From a virus (Duplodnaviria; Caudoviricetes), in IMG/VR virus record IMGVR_UViG_3300019765_000008, positions 1 to 38,956 of that record: a stretch of 38,956 nt of DNA; one strand, given 5' to 3'. The first letter of the stretch is position 1. Each line of letters starts with the position of its first letter. The position numbers were made by a program, and so were the translations under genes. Of this stretch, positions 1-9,097 are shown piece by piece. The notes under the pieces are model-generated. The model did no database searches, was not told the origin of the DNA, and was given only the letters and a program-made list of their open reading frames with translations.

Positions 1-2
1 CT

Positions 3-131
3 AAAGAACTTATGTTAAAAGCACCAGAAGACCTACAGCCAAAAATAGAGGCTTCTTTAAATGCTTGTAAAAATAACGAAGAACTAAACCGTATTGTTAA
101 AAAACTGGAAGGACTAACTAAAAGTGAGTAG
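3..131 (+). CDS. 3' end of a gene truncated by the window edge (KELMLKAPEDLQPKIEASLNACKNNEELNRIVKKLEGLTKSE*)
   Basis: Open frame from base 3 to TAG at 129-131, overlapping the next start; product not identifiable. Confidence 0.6.
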   Translation, partial: KELMLKAPEDLQPKIEASLNACKNNEELNRIVKKLEGLTKSE

Positions 132-312
132 CAAAAAAGAAATCACTGTAGAGAAAAAACTAAACTATCTTTTAGAAAGGCACATGAAATCAGAGATAGC
201 TGTATGGTGTAACGTGGAAGACACGCGCACCATAGGCATGTGGGCAGCTAGAAAAAGTGTACCGAAAAAATACCATGAAATTATTAAACGTAAATATGAA
301 GAGGTGGGCTAA
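124..312 (+). CDS. Small hypothetical protein, possibly Cro/HTH-like
   Basis: 62 aa, GTG start; KSEIAVWCNVEDTRTIGMW..RKSVP resembles an HTH; overlaps both neighbours. Confidence 0.55.
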   Translation: MSSKKEITVEKKLNYLLERHMKSEIAVWCNVEDTRTIGMWAARKSVPKKYHEIIKRKYEEVG

Positions 313-797
313 TGAATCCAATTAAAAAAGCAGGTAAATTTAAAATTGTAAAAGTACAAGACTTTACACTTGGAGAAACTTCAAATAACAATGTTTATGC
401 GAGAGCATATCTTGTAATTGAAGACGGTGGAGAACAATACACAACAGTTTGGACTGGTTTTTTTACTGAGAAGACAAAAGCCAGAACAATAAGTCAAATT
501 AGAAAACTTGGAGCTAAGACTTTTGACTTTGAAGAGTTGTTAAGTGTAAATGCTTCAGATAATTTTGAACCAAAAAACGTAACAGTTACAGTTGAAAGAA
601 GCGAGACAAGCACAGGATTAGAAATATTCACGGCGAAATGGATTAACCATATTTCAGAAAGCAATGGAAAGACAAAAGACGAGCAAAAGAATTTAGCAAA
701 AAAACTAAATCTTTCTGGGCTTCTCATGGCAAGCATGAATAAACATTCTGATGCGCCAAAAGAAAACCCTAAGACCTTAGAAGACATTCCATTCTGA
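312..797 (+). CDS. Putative single-stranded DNA-binding protein (phage SSB/DUF669-like)
   Basis: Beta-rich 161 aa with the acidic-aromatic C-terminus EDIPF typical of SSBs; GAGG RBS; replication module context. Confidence 0.65.
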   Translation: MNPIKKAGKFKIVKVQDFTLGETSNNNVYARAYLVIEDGGEQYTTVWTGFFTEKTKARTISQIRKLGAKTFDFEELLSVNASDNFEPKNVTVTVERSETSTGLEIFTAKWINHISESNGKTKDEQKNLAKKLNLSGLLMASMNKHSDAPKENPKTLEDIPF

Positions 798-960
798 TGA
801 ATTGGTGCTTATGTGTCCATTGCCCTGAGAAGCAAGGGGGATTAAGTTAAATGGGATTTGAAGATTCCAGCCAATTAATTTAATCAAACTAAAATTATAT
901 TTATGTCCGTTTATCGGGCTAAATATTACTTCACTTTAAACAACAAAACAAAACAACATA

Positions 961-1125
961 ATGAACATGAATAAAAAAAACACACACCAAATTTATTGTG
1001 ATGCTTGCAATAGTCCAGAGCCGATGCTTTTACATGATAAAGAAGAAAATACATATTACTATATATGTGTAGATTGTATGACATTTGAAGCAATAACGGA
1101 AACAAAACAACACAATGAAGCTTAG
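961..1125 (+). CDS. Small zinc-ribbon protein (54 aa; not in the supplied ORF track)
   Basis: Hand translation MNMNKKNTHQIYCDACNSPEPMLLHDKEENTYYYICVDCMTFEAITETKQHNEA*; two CxxC motifs; overlaps helicase start. Confidence 0.65.
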   Translation: MNMNKKNTHQIYCDACNSPEPMLLHDKEENTYYYICVDCMTFEAITETKQHNEA

Positions 1126-4100
1126 AGACTATCAAGAAAAACTAATCCATTTGGTTAGACAAGAATTTGCTAAGGGACACAGAAAAATTATCGCTTGGCT
1201 GGCTACGGGCGGCGGTAAATGCTATTGCCCTGATGCCGAAGTTATAATGTTCGATGGATCCATTAAAAAAGTAAAAGACATAATTGTTGGTGATAAACTA
1301 ATGGGGCCAGATTCAAAACCCAGAACAGTTTTAGCTACAACAAAAGGGTTTGGTCAACTATACAAAGTAAACCCAATAAAGGGTGATAGCCATATTTTTA
1401 ATGAAGATCATATCTTTACGCTTAGGGCAAGCTTTAACACCAAACATTACAATCAAGGTGAATTATACGACATAAGCCTAAAAGATTATGTTGATTCAAC
1501 AAAAGACACCAAAAGACAACTTAAGTGGGCTAGGTCAGAAGGGATAAACTTTCCAGAAAAAGAAGTCTTTGATCCTTATCTTGTAGGTGTTTACCTAGGT
1601 GACGGCAGCAGGCATTGTCAATCTATCACCAACGGAGATATTGAAGTACAAACATACTTAGAAAAAATATGTAAAAGTGTTTATCAAGATAGAAAATCCT
1701 GTAAACAATACAGGTTTAACAAAGAAATAAAAGAAGAATTTAAAAAATGTTTGACCAATGGAATTGAAGAGAAATTTATCCCAGATGAATACAAAATAAA
1801 TTCAAGAGAAAACAGGCTTAAAATACTTGCTGGACTTATAGACACTGATGGGTACATGCACCACAACCACTGGGAGATAACAACTAAATTCCCCAAGCTA
1901 CATGATGACATATTATACTTATGTAGATCGCTTGGATTTGCAGCCTATTCAACTATTAAAAAAGTCAAACTAAAAACATGGACAGAAAGTAGAGAATATT
2001 TTCGGATTACAATATCAGGTGACTTAACAGAGGTTCCAATAAAAGTTGAAAGAAAAAAGACAAAATCTAGAGAACAAATAAAAAATGTTTTAAACACTGG
2101 ATTCAAATTAGAAAAAATTGAAAAAGGTGAATACGCTGGATTTGAACTAGACGGAGATGGAAGACACCTAATGAGTGATTTTTCTATTACCCACAATTCA
2201 GCTATCACTATCCAGCTAATTAAAAACCTACGCGAGAATAATAAATCTGTTATTTTTGTTGTTCGACGTAGACAGCTAGTTGTCGAAACCGCACGCAAGT
2301 TTGAGAAGATGGGCATTAAGTGCGGTATCATCATGGGAAACATGAAGGGCTTCGATGATTCTTTACCCGTTCAAGTTTGCTCGATTGATACAGTTAGACC
2401 AACAAAAAATGAAGACGGTGAGCCAGTATTAAAAGACAAACACAAATTCTTGCTTGGTTTTGATTCTATAGTTGTTGATGAATGTTTACACAAAGACACC
2501 TACGTTTTAACAGAAAACAAAAGGGCATGGAAAATTGAAAGGTTTGAAAGAGAACTAAAAAAGGACTGGCCCAAAGTATGGACTTACAACGAGAAGAATG
2601 GGAAGAAGGAACTAAAAAAAGTAGTTCGTGTTATACCAAGGAATAAAAACAATATATGGATTATATCATGCACTAAGACAAAAATAAAATGCACAGATAA
2701 CCATAGATTTTTTACCCAAAGAGGTTGGGTTAGAGCCGACAATCTTACTCTAAATGACGGTATTTTTTTTACCAAAAAAAGCTTAAAAGAAAATATATCT
2801 TGTGACTTTTCAAGAGTAAAAAACATACAAATAAATAAAGAAATAGAAAAAACTTATGATTTAGAAATTGAAGACAATCACAATTTTTTTGTTAATCACT
2901 CTTTGAACAATAATTATTTTTTACTCGCGCACAACTGCCACGACACTACCAGCCCAAGCTATAGAAACCTTTTTTCACTTTTCAAACCAGAGACTATTTT
3001 CATTGGTGTAACAGCAACACCTTTTCAGGTGGGTAATAAGGTGCATGACTTCTGGGAAACTTGCGTTAAGTCTATCGAGATAAAAGACTTGATAGACAAG
3101 GGCTATTTAGTTAAGCCGAGAATGTTTGTGCCAGTGGAGCAAGATCTTTCTGGAATTAAAACCACGGGCGGGGATTACAACAATAAACAGCTAGGCGAAG
3201 AGATGAGCAAGCTTAACATTATTGGAGATGTAATAGACAATTATAAAAAGTATGGAGAAAACAAAGCGGCTATATGCTTTGCAGTAAACAAACAGCACAG
3301 CAAAATACTTTGTGAAAAGTTTAACGCTAACGACATACCAGCAATTCACTGCGACGAATCGACAAATCAAAAAGACCGAGACAAAGCAATCAATGATTTA
3401 AAATCGGGTAAAATAAAAGTGCTGTGTAATGTAGACATTTATTCCACAGGCTGTGATATACCAGAAGCAGAAATAGGAATACTGGCAAGACCAACACGTT
3501 CGGAAACTTTATTTATTCAACAAGCTGGAAGACTTTTAAGACCATATAGAAAATGTGGACGCTGCAAAAAGCAGTATGATAATTCTCCATCTTGTCCAAA
3601 TTGTGGTTATACAGAACCAGAGTATATAAAAGAATATGCTGTATTGATAGACCACGGAAACAACATACAACAGCATGGTACACCTTTGGATATTAGGGAA
3701 GCTGCATTAACCAAAGAAGACCTAGAGAAGAAAAAGAAAAAGAAAAAGCTAGAGGAAAAAGAACCACAGATAAAAGCGGTTAAGTGTAAAGCTTGTTTTT
3801 TAATCTATGACCCAAGTTTTGATAAATGTCCTTCATGTGGACACGTCAACGAACAAAAAAAGATAGTGCATAAAAAAGGAGAGCTAGTAGAACTTGGTGA
3901 CGTAGAGCCAGAGCCGATAGAACTTAAAAGAATGAGAGGCAAGCTTGCTACGCTTCAGAAGAAACAAAGGCTAAATGGATATAAAGAAAACTATCCATAC
4001 TTTAAAATGTATGAACACTATGGAGACAAGATATATAAATACCCAGAGTTGAAAATACCAACATGGATTAAACGCTATGCAGGCAAGAAGAAACAAGAGC

Positions 4101-4156
4101 AAGAAGAAGCAGATAGAATTTTAGAAAGGTTAGATGAAAATGTTAGATTTTTTTAA
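1115..4156 (+). CDS. Superfamily 2 DNA helicase (ResIII/YejH-RadD-like) precursor containing two inteins; about 536 aa after splicing
   Basis: Q motif LRDYQ, Walker A ATGGGK|S, Walker B VVDE|CH, motif III TATP, motif V STGCDIP, motif VI QQAGRLLR; two CxxC..CxxC zinc modules in the C-terminal part. Confidence 0.93.
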   Translation: MKLRDYQEKLIHLVRQEFAKGHRKIIAWLATGGGKCYCPDAEVIMFDGSIKKVKDIIVGDKLMGPDSKPRTVLATTKGFGQLYKVNPIKGDSHIFNEDHIFTLRASFNTKHYNQGELYDISLKDYVDSTKDTKRQLKWARSEGINFPEKEVFDPYLVGVYLGDGSRHCQSITNGDIEVQTYLEKICKSVYQDRKSCKQYRFNKEIKEEFKKCLTNGIEEKFIPDEYKINSRENRLKILAGLIDTDGYMHHNHWEITTKFPKLHDDILYLCRSLGFAAYSTIKKVKLKTWTESREYFRITISGDLTEVPIKVERKKTKSREQIKNVLNTGFKLEKIEKGEYAGFELDGDGRHLMSDFSITHNSAITIQLIKNLRENNKSVIFVVRRRQLVVETARKFEKMGIKCGIIMGNMKGFDDSLPVQVCSIDTVRPTKNEDGEPVLKDKHKFLLGFDSIVVDECLHKDTYVLTENKRAWKIERFERELKKDWPKVWTYNEKNGKKELKKVVRVIPRNKNNIWIISCTKTKIKCTDNHRFFTQRGWVRADNLTLNDGIFFTKKSLKENISCDFSRVKNIQINKEIEKTYDLEIEDNHNFFVNHSLNNNYFLLAHNCHDTTSPSYRNLFSLFKPETIFIGVTATPFQVGNKVHDFWETCVKSIEIKDLIDKGYLVKPRMFVPVEQDLSGIKTTGGDYNNKQLGEEMSKLNIIGDVIDNYKKYGENKAAICFAVNKQHSKILCEKFNANDIPAIHCDESTNQKDRDKAINDLKSGKIKVLCNVDIYSTGCDIPEAEIGILARPTRSETLFIQQAGRLLRPYRKCGRCKKQYDNSPSCPNCGYTEPEYIKEYAVLIDHGNNIQQHGTPLDIREAALTKEDLEKKKKKKKLEEKEPQIKAVKCKACFLIYDPSFDKCPSCGHVNEQKKIVHKKGELVELGDVEPEPIELKRMRGKLATLQKKQRLNGYKENYPYFKMYEHYGDKIYKYPELKIPTWIKRYAGKKKQEQEEADRILERLDENVRFF
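1220..2197 (+). mobile_element. Intein with LAGLIDADG homing endonuclease (326 aa) inserted in helicase Walker A
   Basis: Starts CYCPDAEVIMFDGS after GGGK and ends ITHN before Ser; block B NEDH; endonuclease motifs YLVGVYLGDG and ILAGLIDTDG. Confidence 0.93.
2483..2935 (+). mobile_element. Mini-intein (151 aa, no endonuclease) inserted in helicase Walker B
   Basis: Starts CLHKDTYV after VVDE; block B CTDNH; block F TYDLEIEDNHNFF; ends AHN before Cys; splicing restores DECH. Confidence 0.92.
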
Positions 4157-4493
4157 GTTGAATGAGAATGGAAAACCAGAGAAAGTAAAAGTAAATAATT
4201 TTTATGATTCAGATGAACTTCTTGAATATAACAACAGAAAAATATGTATTCATGTAAATGATGATTTTTTGATAAGCACCTATTTTATGCCGATGTGTGA
4301 TGATGGATATTTTTTTGAAACAACTATTTACGCAGAACATATGAAAGCATTTCCACCAGGAGGAAGTGAAATACAATCTAAAACACTAACACAAGCTTTA
4401 ATAAACCATATGAAGCTAGTCGAAACTTACATGATGAAAAAAAGCAAAAACATAAAAACAGTTTATATAAAGAGTTTTAAAGATGCCCGCTAA
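4134..4493 (+). CDS. Hypothetical protein
   Basis: 119 aa ORF overlapping both neighbours; contains an ISTYF..FFETTIY segment of a kind seen in small phage proteins. Confidence 0.65.
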   Translation: MKMLDFFKLNENGKPEKVKVNNFYDSDELLEYNNRKICIHVNDDFLISTYFMPMCDDGYFFETTIYAEHMKAFPPGGSEIQSKTLTQALINHMKLVETYMMKKSKNIKTVYIKSFKDAR

Positions 4494-4770
4494 AAAAGTA
4501 ACACAAAAACAAGAAGACAGAGTGATAGCCTACAAGCTTGCGGGCTATACCTACAAACAAATAAACCAAAAAACTAAAATACCAATATCAACTATATGGA
4601 GGATTTTAAGAGAGAACAAAGCAATGGACAGAGACAATAAAAAGTTTGACTTGGAAAAGATGCACAATCTTTTAAACGAAGGAAAGTCTATTGCAGAAAC
4701 AGCTAGGATTTTGAATAAACCATACACAACAATTTATTCTAGGATATATTACAACATAAATTATAAATAA
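4483..4770 (+). CDS. Tandem helix-turn-helix DNA-binding protein
   Basis: GYTYKQINQKTKIPISTIWRIL and GKSIAETARILNKPYTTIYSRI are two HTH-like segments. Confidence 0.75.
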   Translation: MPAKKVTQKQEDRVIAYKLAGYTYKQINQKTKIPISTIWRILRENKAMDRDNKKFDLEKMHNLLNEGKSIAETARILNKPYTTIYSRIYYNINYK

Positions 4771-4823
4771 AAATCGGTCATTTTTTTCACAATATTTTTT
4801 TCTTACAAATCCATTCCCATTTT

Positions 4824-4832
4824 TGCTATCAT
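4824..4832 (+). promoter_or_regulatory. Extended -10 promoter candidate TGCTATCAT
   Basis: TGnTAnnAT about 30 nt upstream of the 4864 start; same pattern at 10141, 13811 and 16751. Confidence 0.45.
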
Positions 4833-4863
4833 TGCTTTTCAACCAATAACAAAAAGTAAACAG

Positions 4864-5229
4864 ATGGCAAAACCAAAAAGGCGGGACTACTACCGCCAAC
4901 ATCAAAACTTAATCAAACGCTTTAAGCTACTAGCAAGCACTGAGTTACCCGAAGCACGTTTCTTTGATAGACACGTTGGCCAGTTTTTTACAAAGACAGG
5001 GCAGCAAGTTAAAATCAATGAAGCGGGTATGTCCGATCTTTACGGAATTATCAAAACCGAAAACGGTTTAATCCATATTGAGATAGAAGCAAAAACTGGG
5101 GGCGGTAGACTTTCAGCCGCGCAATTAAAATGGAAACATTTTATTACTGAAATAATGGGCGGTAATTTTTACTTGTTAAGAGATGAAAAAGAAACTATTG
5201 ATAACATCAAGAACGATTTATACAAATAA
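4864..5229 (+). CDS. VRR-NUC family PD-(D/E)xK nuclease (possible Holliday junction resolvase)
   Basis: GMSDL...IEIEAKT..GRLS..Q..W motif. Confidence 0.85.
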   Translation: MAKPKRRDYYRQHQNLIKRFKLLASTELPEARFFDRHVGQFFTKTGQQVKINEAGMSDLYGIIKTENGLIHIEIEAKTGGGRLSAAQLKWKHFITEIMGGNFYLLRDEKETIDNIKNDLYK

Positions 5230-5269
5230 AAAACCCACCAAACAAAACAACATAAAGCCGGTGGGTTTT
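5230..5269 (+). promoter_or_regulatory. Stem-loop (10-bp stem, 20-nt A/C-rich loop) between nuclease and primase; terminator or attenuator candidate
   Basis: AAAACCCACC (5230-5239) pairs with GGTGGGTTTT (5260-5269). Confidence 0.5.
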
Positions 5270-5303
5270 CATATAATAACCTTTAGCATGAAAAGGCTTT
5301 CAT

Positions 5304-7793
5304 ATGATAACAAAACTTTCTAATAAACTTCAAGACTTTTCTAGTGAATTTAATGAAACAGCACCACCGATAAACTTCGATAAAGAAATCATGCGCTGGG
5401 GAAAAAATAATCACCTTTGGGCAATTGCTCACAGATGGGAATTCCGCGGGAATTGGTACGGCGTACTTCATTGCGGAACATGGAAAGACCCAGAAGCTAA
5501 TCGAGAATTTAAAAGTTGGGACGAGTACGAGCAGACTAGCAAGCATTTTAACATGCGGGCTAAAGAAGAAATGGAACTTCTTAAAGTCAGGCTTGAAACT
5601 GAGAAGCAGGAAAAGCACAAAGCATGTGCCGACAAATGGAGGCCCATTTATGAAAACGCAAAGAAGGCGCCAAAGAATCACTGGTATCTTGAAAAGAAAA
5701 AAGTCACCGCATACAATTCTAAGCTACATAATTCTACACTGTTAATCCCGTTTTATAATGTAAACGGGTTTACTGGTGTCCAGATGATTTACTTGGACGA
5801 TAACAACGAAGGACAGAAAAGATTTTCAAAGGGCATACAGCTACGGGGTTCTATTTGTCCTCTTACTCCATTTAGATCAGCCGAGTATTGTTATTTGTCC
5901 GAAGGCTTTGCAACAGCCGCTACGATACAAGAAGCTTTCCCAAAAATTCCATCTATTATGGGAATCAATGCAGGAAATTTAACGCAAGCAATCTACACAA
6001 TCAGAGACATAAACCCAGACATTAAAATAGTAATAGCCGCCGACCGCGACGAATCAGGGACAGGGAAAAAATACGCGGAGATCGCAAAACGCACGTTTAA
6101 AAATGTGGCTGTAAAGCTTCCAGAGTTTGAAGAACGAAGGCCAGAATGGTCAGACTTTAATGATCTTGCCCTGGCTGAAAACTTAGGCCAAGTCAGAAAG
6201 CAGCTAAAAATATCCAAGGCGCTTTTTATGTCTATAAACGCGCTGGGAGTGAATGGAGGGACATACTATTACACGACAGACGAAAACCCACAGATCATTA
6301 GCTTGGACATAGGAAAGCACACAGAAGCCCATTTTTGCAGTTTAATCACTGATAAATTCTGGTGGCAAGCCAACTATGGTTTTGAGGACAAGGACGGAAA
6401 CGTAAAAGTAAGCTGGCCAGATGTGCGCCTGGATCTTGTGGGAAAATGCCACGAGAAAGGAGTGTTCACGCCGGACAATATTAGAGGGCTTGGGTTATGG
6501 TTAGAAGAAAATCAAACGTATGTCATTAACAATGGGAGAGTTGCAATGAACCAGCCCGATGAATCAAAATACTACTACATAAAAAAGCGCGGTTTTAATT
6601 TGGTTAAAAATCCAAACATAGAACCAGCATATAATTTTTGTCAAATGCTCGCAGAGATACATTGTAAAAAGCCAATCGGCAATGCTTACTTGATTGCATG
6701 GTGGGTTCAATCGCATATCTTTCCAGTTTTACCATGGCGCTTCCATCTTTGGTTAACTGGCTCACGCGGAACGGGAAAATCAACTATACTAAAATATTTC
6801 AAACAGTCTTCTCCATTTAGCGAAATGGTGCAAGACACTACAGCCGCGGGACTTAGACAAAAGTTTGGCTCGGACATGAAAGCAATTTTATACGACGAAG
6901 CAGAGCCGACCAACAAAAAAGTGCCGAGCGCAATTGATCTCGCGCGGGAATCTTCTTCCAACGACGGAGCGAAAACACTACGCGGAACGGCAGGTGGTAA
7001 AGCGATAGAACACAACACACAAATGAATTTTCTTTTTTCCAGTATTCAGACACCCAACATGCAAGCCGCCGACAAGTCGCGTTTCTTAGAAGTAGAACTG
7101 GCAAGCATCAAAGGCCAGCCGCTAGAGCGACATAAAGAGATGCAAGACATAGCTAAAGCCGTAGAGTATAAGCCAATGGATTTTTTTTCGTGGGCTGTGA
7201 ACCATTTGGACTTTGTTGAAAAAGCGAAAGAAGCAGCTATAGACAAGCTCAGAGGCGATAAAATAGACGCCAGGCAAGCTGATACCCTTTCAACAGTTAT
7301 TGCTTGTATAGCCATATTTGACGCGGAAGAAGGTAAACCAGATGAAGCAGTTGACAAGGTGATGGCTACTTATGATTTTTATAACACGGAGTATGTGGAC
7401 GAATCAAAAATAGACGATTCAGAGCTGGCGCTAGACGAGCTAATGGACATAATCATAGACATGAAAACGAGCGAGACCGTGGCGAGTGCGGTGTCTGAGT
7501 TGAGATCTTTGTACGAAGTTAGTCCCGATGAAGATGAATCTGATACATTTAGAAATTTAACTAAGCCGCTGGCAGCCCATGGCATGCGTTATCTTCACGG
7601 AAAAAATGCGCTGTTTATCTATCACAAGAACAGAAACCTGATTAAGAAAATGGATAAATACCCTAACTTTGCTGATGTGATGGCGCGGGATAAAACCATG
7701 CGGTTTGAAAAAGGAGCTGTGCAAAGATTATACAACGGGAAAGATGGCGGGAAAACTAACAAACTGCTTAAAGGCTGTATGCTATATTTGTAA
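5304..7793 (+). CDS. Bifunctional DNA primase (TOPRIM) / P-loop helicase
   Basis: TOPRIM motifs LSEGFATA, IAADRD and SDFNDL; Walker A LTGSRGTGKST; Walker B ILYDEAE; ADKSRF arginine-finger-like motif. Confidence 0.88.
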   Translation: MITKLSNKLQDFSSEFNETAPPINFDKEIMRWGKNNHLWAIAHRWEFRGNWYGVLHCGTWKDPEANREFKSWDEYEQTSKHFNMRAKEEMELLKVRLETEKQEKHKACADKWRPIYENAKKAPKNHWYLEKKKVTAYNSKLHNSTLLIPFYNVNGFTGVQMIYLDDNNEGQKRFSKGIQLRGSICPLTPFRSAEYCYLSEGFATAATIQEAFPKIPSIMGINAGNLTQAIYTIRDINPDIKIVIAADRDESGTGKKYAEIAKRTFKNVAVKLPEFEERRPEWSDFNDLALAENLGQVRKQLKISKALFMSINALGVNGGTYYYTTDENPQIISLDIGKHTEAHFCSLITDKFWWQANYGFEDKDGNVKVSWPDVRLDLVGKCHEKGVFTPDNIRGLGLWLEENQTYVINNGRVAMNQPDESKYYYIKKRGFNLVKNPNIEPAYNFCQMLAEIHCKKPIGNAYLIAWWVQSHIFPVLPWRFHLWLTGSRGTGKSTILKYFKQSSPFSEMVQDTTAAGLRQKFGSDMKAILYDEAEPTNKKVPSAIDLARESSSNDGAKTLRGTAGGKAIEHNTQMNFLFSSIQTPNMQAADKSRFLEVELASIKGQPLERHKEMQDIAKAVEYKPMDFFSWAVNHLDFVEKAKEAAIDKLRGDKIDARQADTLSTVIACIAIFDAEEGKPDEAVDKVMATYDFYNTEYVDESKIDDSELALDELMDIIIDMKTSETVASAVSELRSLYEVSPDEDESDTFRNLTKPLAAHGMRYLHGKNALFIYHKNRNLIKKMDKYPNFADVMARDKTMRFEKGAVQRLYNGKDGGKTNKLLKGCMLYL

Positions 7794-7811
7794 GCAGTAA
7801 GATTTTTTTGC

Positions 7812-7845
7812 GGCAGGGCTAATTAGACGGCCCTGCCTTTTTTTT
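7812..7845 (+). terminator. Rho-independent terminator after primase-helicase
   Basis: GGCAGGGC...GCCCTGCC stem followed by a T tract. Confidence 0.85.
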
Positions 7846-7856
7846 ATACTAAAATC

Positions 7857-8195
7857 TGTGGATAACCTTGTTTGTTACCTTCTGTTACCTTGCTCGTTAC
7901 CGCTGGTTTAATCCTAAAAAGTTAATCATTATAATGAGTTAAGTGGTCTTGTTACCTTTGTTACCTTTTTACCTCGTTTCCGAGCAAAATATGTGTAAAG
8001 GGGTATATATATAAATAACGGCACCTGCCGTTGTATCTTTCTTTCTTTCTTTGTATATATATATATATTTAGGTAACAAGGTAACAAAGTAAGTAAGGTT
8101 ATTGAAATCATTGGGAAAATCTTGTTACCTCGGCTGTTACCTTGTTACCAAATTGAGTTTAACTATCTGATATTATTTAAAAAAAGACAGGTAAC
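7857..8195. repeat. Putative replication origin: GTTACC iteron array with AT-rich core and DnaA box
   Basis: GTTACC at 7874, 7884, 7896, 7951, 7960, 8124, 8136, 8144; GGTAAC at 8072, 8080, 8190; TGTGGATAA (DnaA box) at 7857-7865; (TA)n tracts; lies directly downstream of primase-helicase. Confidence 0.75.
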
Positions 8196-8289
8196 AATCT
8201 TTAAACATGCCGAAAACTTCCTCTTATGGCTCGATTCTTCGGCGGGGTAGATAGGGGAGCGGCAGGGCAAAATAAATTATCTTTTTTTG

Positions 8290-8318
8290 TTGACAAAAAT
8301 GATAACATATAGCATAAC
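8290..8318 (+). promoter_or_regulatory. Sigma70-like early promoter
   Basis: TTGACA-17 bp-CATAAC upstream of ORF 8360; GGAG RBS. Confidence 0.65.
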
Positions 8319-8359
8319 AACAATGTGAGCGGCACTAACACAAAACAGCGGAGTAAATC

Positions 8360-8677
8360 ATGGGCATGGCAAAAGACATTAAGTACGCAAGAGATATCCA
8401 ATTTAACGTGGAATCTAAGAAAGGTGAGGCTGTTAAAATCTTTGGGGTACGTTATGATAGCTTAATCAATTTAAGCTTTCAGATTGGCGATGAAGCCGTT
8501 TATGACGCATACAACTTTTCTTACACTGGCAAAATTGTCTCAATCACTGACAAGACAGTGACAATCAAGGGAAGCCGCACCCGCCGCTTAAAGCTGGAAG
8601 ACTTCGGGCGCTGGAACTATGACTTCGACGCGGAGAAGATAGCGCGGGAGCGTTACGAGTGGATCCACTACAGCTAA
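8360..8677 (+). CDS. Hypothetical early protein (SH3/KOW-like beta fold possible)
   Basis: GGAG RBS; FQIGDEAVY...YTGKIVSITDKTVTI. Confidence 0.75.
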   Translation: MGMAKDIKYARDIQFNVESKKGEAVKIFGVRYDSLINLSFQIGDEAVYDAYNFSYTGKIVSITDKTVTIKGSRTRRLKLEDFGRWNYDFDAEKIARERYEWIHYS

Positions 8678-8678
8678 T

Positions 8679-8723
8679 TTTTTTAAATAAACTGTTGACA
8701 ATAATGTAAACAAGTGAGATAAA
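8679..8723 (+). promoter_or_regulatory. Sigma70-like early promoter (copy 1 of a 28-bp repeat)
   Basis: TTTTTTAAATAAACTGTTGACAATAATG at 8679-8706; TTGACA 8695-8700; weak -10 GATAAA at 17 bp. Confidence 0.65.
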
Positions 8724-8779
8724 GACTCTGCAAGGGGGGCGGCTCCCAAGCAGAAACAAAACAACAACGGAGAAATGAA

Positions 8780-9097
8780 ATGAAAGACTTTATCAAGAGA
8801 AGAATAAACGATTTAAACAAAGATACGGAAGAATATATAAAATCTTTACAAGAAAACATGCTTAAAACAATGGAACTTAAAATGGTTACTAATGTTAAAA
8901 ATGCTTTAAAGCTAGAGCTTTACAATGAGTTATTAAATTCTTCTTTAGAATCAAAAGAGGAAATGATGGAATTTGTGAAAAGTAAAATAATTTCTTTATC
9001 TTTAAATAAATCATATTGCAGCAATGAAGGCAGGAACTTTGTAGAAAGTCAAACCCCATCTGCCTACGGCGAAGTTTTATCGGCATTTGTTTTTTAA
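8780..9097 (+). CDS. Hypothetical early protein
   Basis: 105 aa helical ORF with GGAG RBS. Confidence 0.75.
   Translation: MKDFIKRRINDLNKDTEEYIKSLQENMLKTMELKMVTNVKNALKLELYNELLNSSLESKEEMMEFVKSKIISLSLNKSYCSNEGRNFVESQTPSAYGEVLSAFVF

Noticed and set aside
836-873. GGGGGATTAAGTTAAATGGGA...CCAGCCA resembling a tRNA 5' end and CCA
   Set aside because: Only about 38 nt, with no anticodon arm or T arm
5425-5745. Alternative-frame + strand ORF inside primase (similar ones at 15568, 18028, 23906, 26792, 37530)
   Set aside because: Fully or largely nested in well-supported genes, with no motif or convincing RBS
7857-8195. Short repeat cluster considered as a CRISPR array
   Set aside because: Repeats are only 6-8 nt, irregularly spaced and in both orientations; no cas genes
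8238-8270. G-rich stretch (GGGG..GGGG..GG..GGG) as a G-quadruplex or packaging site
   Set aside because: Only three runs of 3 or more G and no independent evidence for a genome terminus; needs read-end data
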